A stretch of 64,000 nucleotides of DNA from Trypanosoma brucei (taxonomy: Eukaryota), in the NCBI GenBank assembly GCA_000002445.1, contig CP000070.1:2080001-2144000 (forward strand), in the 5' to 3' direction. Shown here piece after piece: positions 62,282 through 64,000 of the stretch (its first letter is position 1; each line of letters starts with the position of its first letter). The notes below the pieces were generated by a model that did no database searches, was not told the DNA's origin, and worked only from the letters and a program-made list of their open reading frames with translations. A program made the position numbers and the translations under genes.

Positions 62282-64000
62282 AACTTGATTTCGCCGCGGT
62301 GATATATATTTATATGTGTTAGTGGCTCAGTATCTTAGACAGAAATGTGAACAAACAAGCGACAAGAATGGGAGTACGCTAAAGTACATGTGTGTGTGTG
62401 TGGGGGGGGGGGAGGAGGTTTCGTCGTGGCCATATAACATGATAGTCCACGAAGAGCAATAATAATAATGACAACAACAGCACACCAGCAACTTTAATGA
62501 ATAAAAAAATATTGATATTATCACACGGAGCCCTCTTCCAGAATACTAAATTAACACAGCTCACCGCCACGAAAGCAACATAATTAGTTTTCAATAATAT
62601 TTCAAAAAAAAAAAAGTAAAAAAGAACGACAAAGGACGGTAAAATAATTGCAGTCGTGTCCAATTCGATAAACTCAGTAAAACGGACGCTGGAAACCGTC
62701 AGTCATCGGGGAAAGGTTCATCCTTACGTTCAAATTCGCACATGCGTCGTGATAAATACCGACGACGAAACACAAACAATGGCCCAACAAACAGGAAAAC
62801 AGCTCCCAAAGCATAAGGGGGCACATACACATATTACCACAAGGTGGCGACGGCATGAACTGACCAAGTTTTACCCCTGCTAAAAAAATCAACTTCTTAC
62901 ACGAGCGGCTGCCACAATAAAGAAGGAGAGCGGCCAGCGAACTCATCCGCTCCACAAACAAACTAGATCAGAGACCATCATAATAATGCCAGTAAAGAAA
63001 GCAATGCAACAAACCCCACGGCAATGACGGAAAGGAAAGTATAAACTGTCGGGCATTAAAAAAAAAAAAGAGGATGGAACGCAGTGGAACCTGCGCCGTA
63101 ACAACGGGACACGTCCATAATCAAAGCAATGCAAACAATAAACAAAGGGATAAACGTGTAGACGGAAATAAAATTAGTTCCACTTAGCAGATTTGGGGCA
63201 TTACCATTGCACTCAGTGATCTCACCGATCTTTCCACATGAAGCATAAGCCTCACCCCAAACCCACCCGACACCATGACAAAACGTAAGCGAATCAACCT
63301 CTTTGTGTGGTTTGGAGGCAAGCGCGGTGTGCTAAGTAACAAAGCCTGGGTGCGAACATCTTTCTACCCATCTCCCCACTAAACGACAGGGAAGTCTGTA
63401 GAGAGGTTAACACACAAAAAGGTCTGCTGCTTGCAGATGCACATCTGTGGAGAACACAGTTGCATGTGTCGTTTGTCCATAGATAGCTAAGGTACGAATA
63501 CAGTAACATAAAAACGATATGGTGCAAAGCGTTCCTCTGCACTGCATACATCCCCTGCCTTTCCATGGATTCAACAGAGGCTTCCCCCGGGGTGCGGCAA
63601 GTCTCAGGTTGTGTCCACCCCGTGTGCGTATCAGGCGTGCGTCTGCTTCCGTTGAAGCATTACGCATCTTGCACGCACCATCGACCGCCTGGCAGCGATC
63701 GGCTACAGCCTCGTAAAGTCTTCCATAGCTTCTTGACTGGGCTGCTCCGGCTACCCTGTCAGCAGCCCGTCGCCGACGTGCCTGCTTTTAGCCCACTTTA
63801 CATCACAACCGGAGGACGCCCTATACCCGTTGCGGGACCCTTCACGTGCTTCGGGTTGCTGTGCACAGCCGAGGCCCGCGCGAAGAATTATTTCCCGCGA
63901 GCTGTGTACTTATGCCGTCGCTTCCCGCATTTGCTTCTTTCTCCTGTTCTACTCCGGGGCATTACCCGCGCACACCGCTTGGGTGCCATAGCTGGGTCCT

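Noticed and set aside
1-64000. Searched for prokaryotic-style novel systems (defence islands, CRISPR, integrases, toxin-antitoxin pairs)
   Set aside because: The sequence is eukaryotic (kinetoplastid): gene lengths of 1-6.6 kb, same-strand polycistronic layout, polypyrimidine tracts, typical eukaryotic gene families. No direct-repeat/spacer arrays, recombinase genes or operon-like short-gene clusters are present.

Overview
This window reads as kinetoplastid nuclear DNA, not a prokaryotic island. All credible genes, about 20, lie on the minus strand with no introns, which fits a single polycistronic transcription unit. Three genes support Trypanosoma brucei chromosome 7: a bacterial-type (type I) nitroreductase, a cdc2-related kinase with a PSTAVRE motif, and two tandem, near-identical ATP synthase F1 alpha genes. 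Other recognisable products include a kinesin, an ankyrin-repeat protein, a DEAD-box helicase, an LRR protein, a VAP/MSP protein, an Sm-like protein, an MDR oxidoreductase, a NOG2-type GTPase and a likely Skp1-like protein. The most striking feature is a 2197-aa protein whose centre is nearly all nested tandem repeats, including a long EEEAR[LIFV][KR]A array that looks like an ER/K single alpha-helix rod. I see nothing resembling a prokaryotic defence or mobile system. The interesting items are the giant repeat protein, the duplicated ATPase genes, an unannotated Surp-module protein and a horizontally acquired nitroreductase. All identifications come from reading motifs by eye; no searches were run.
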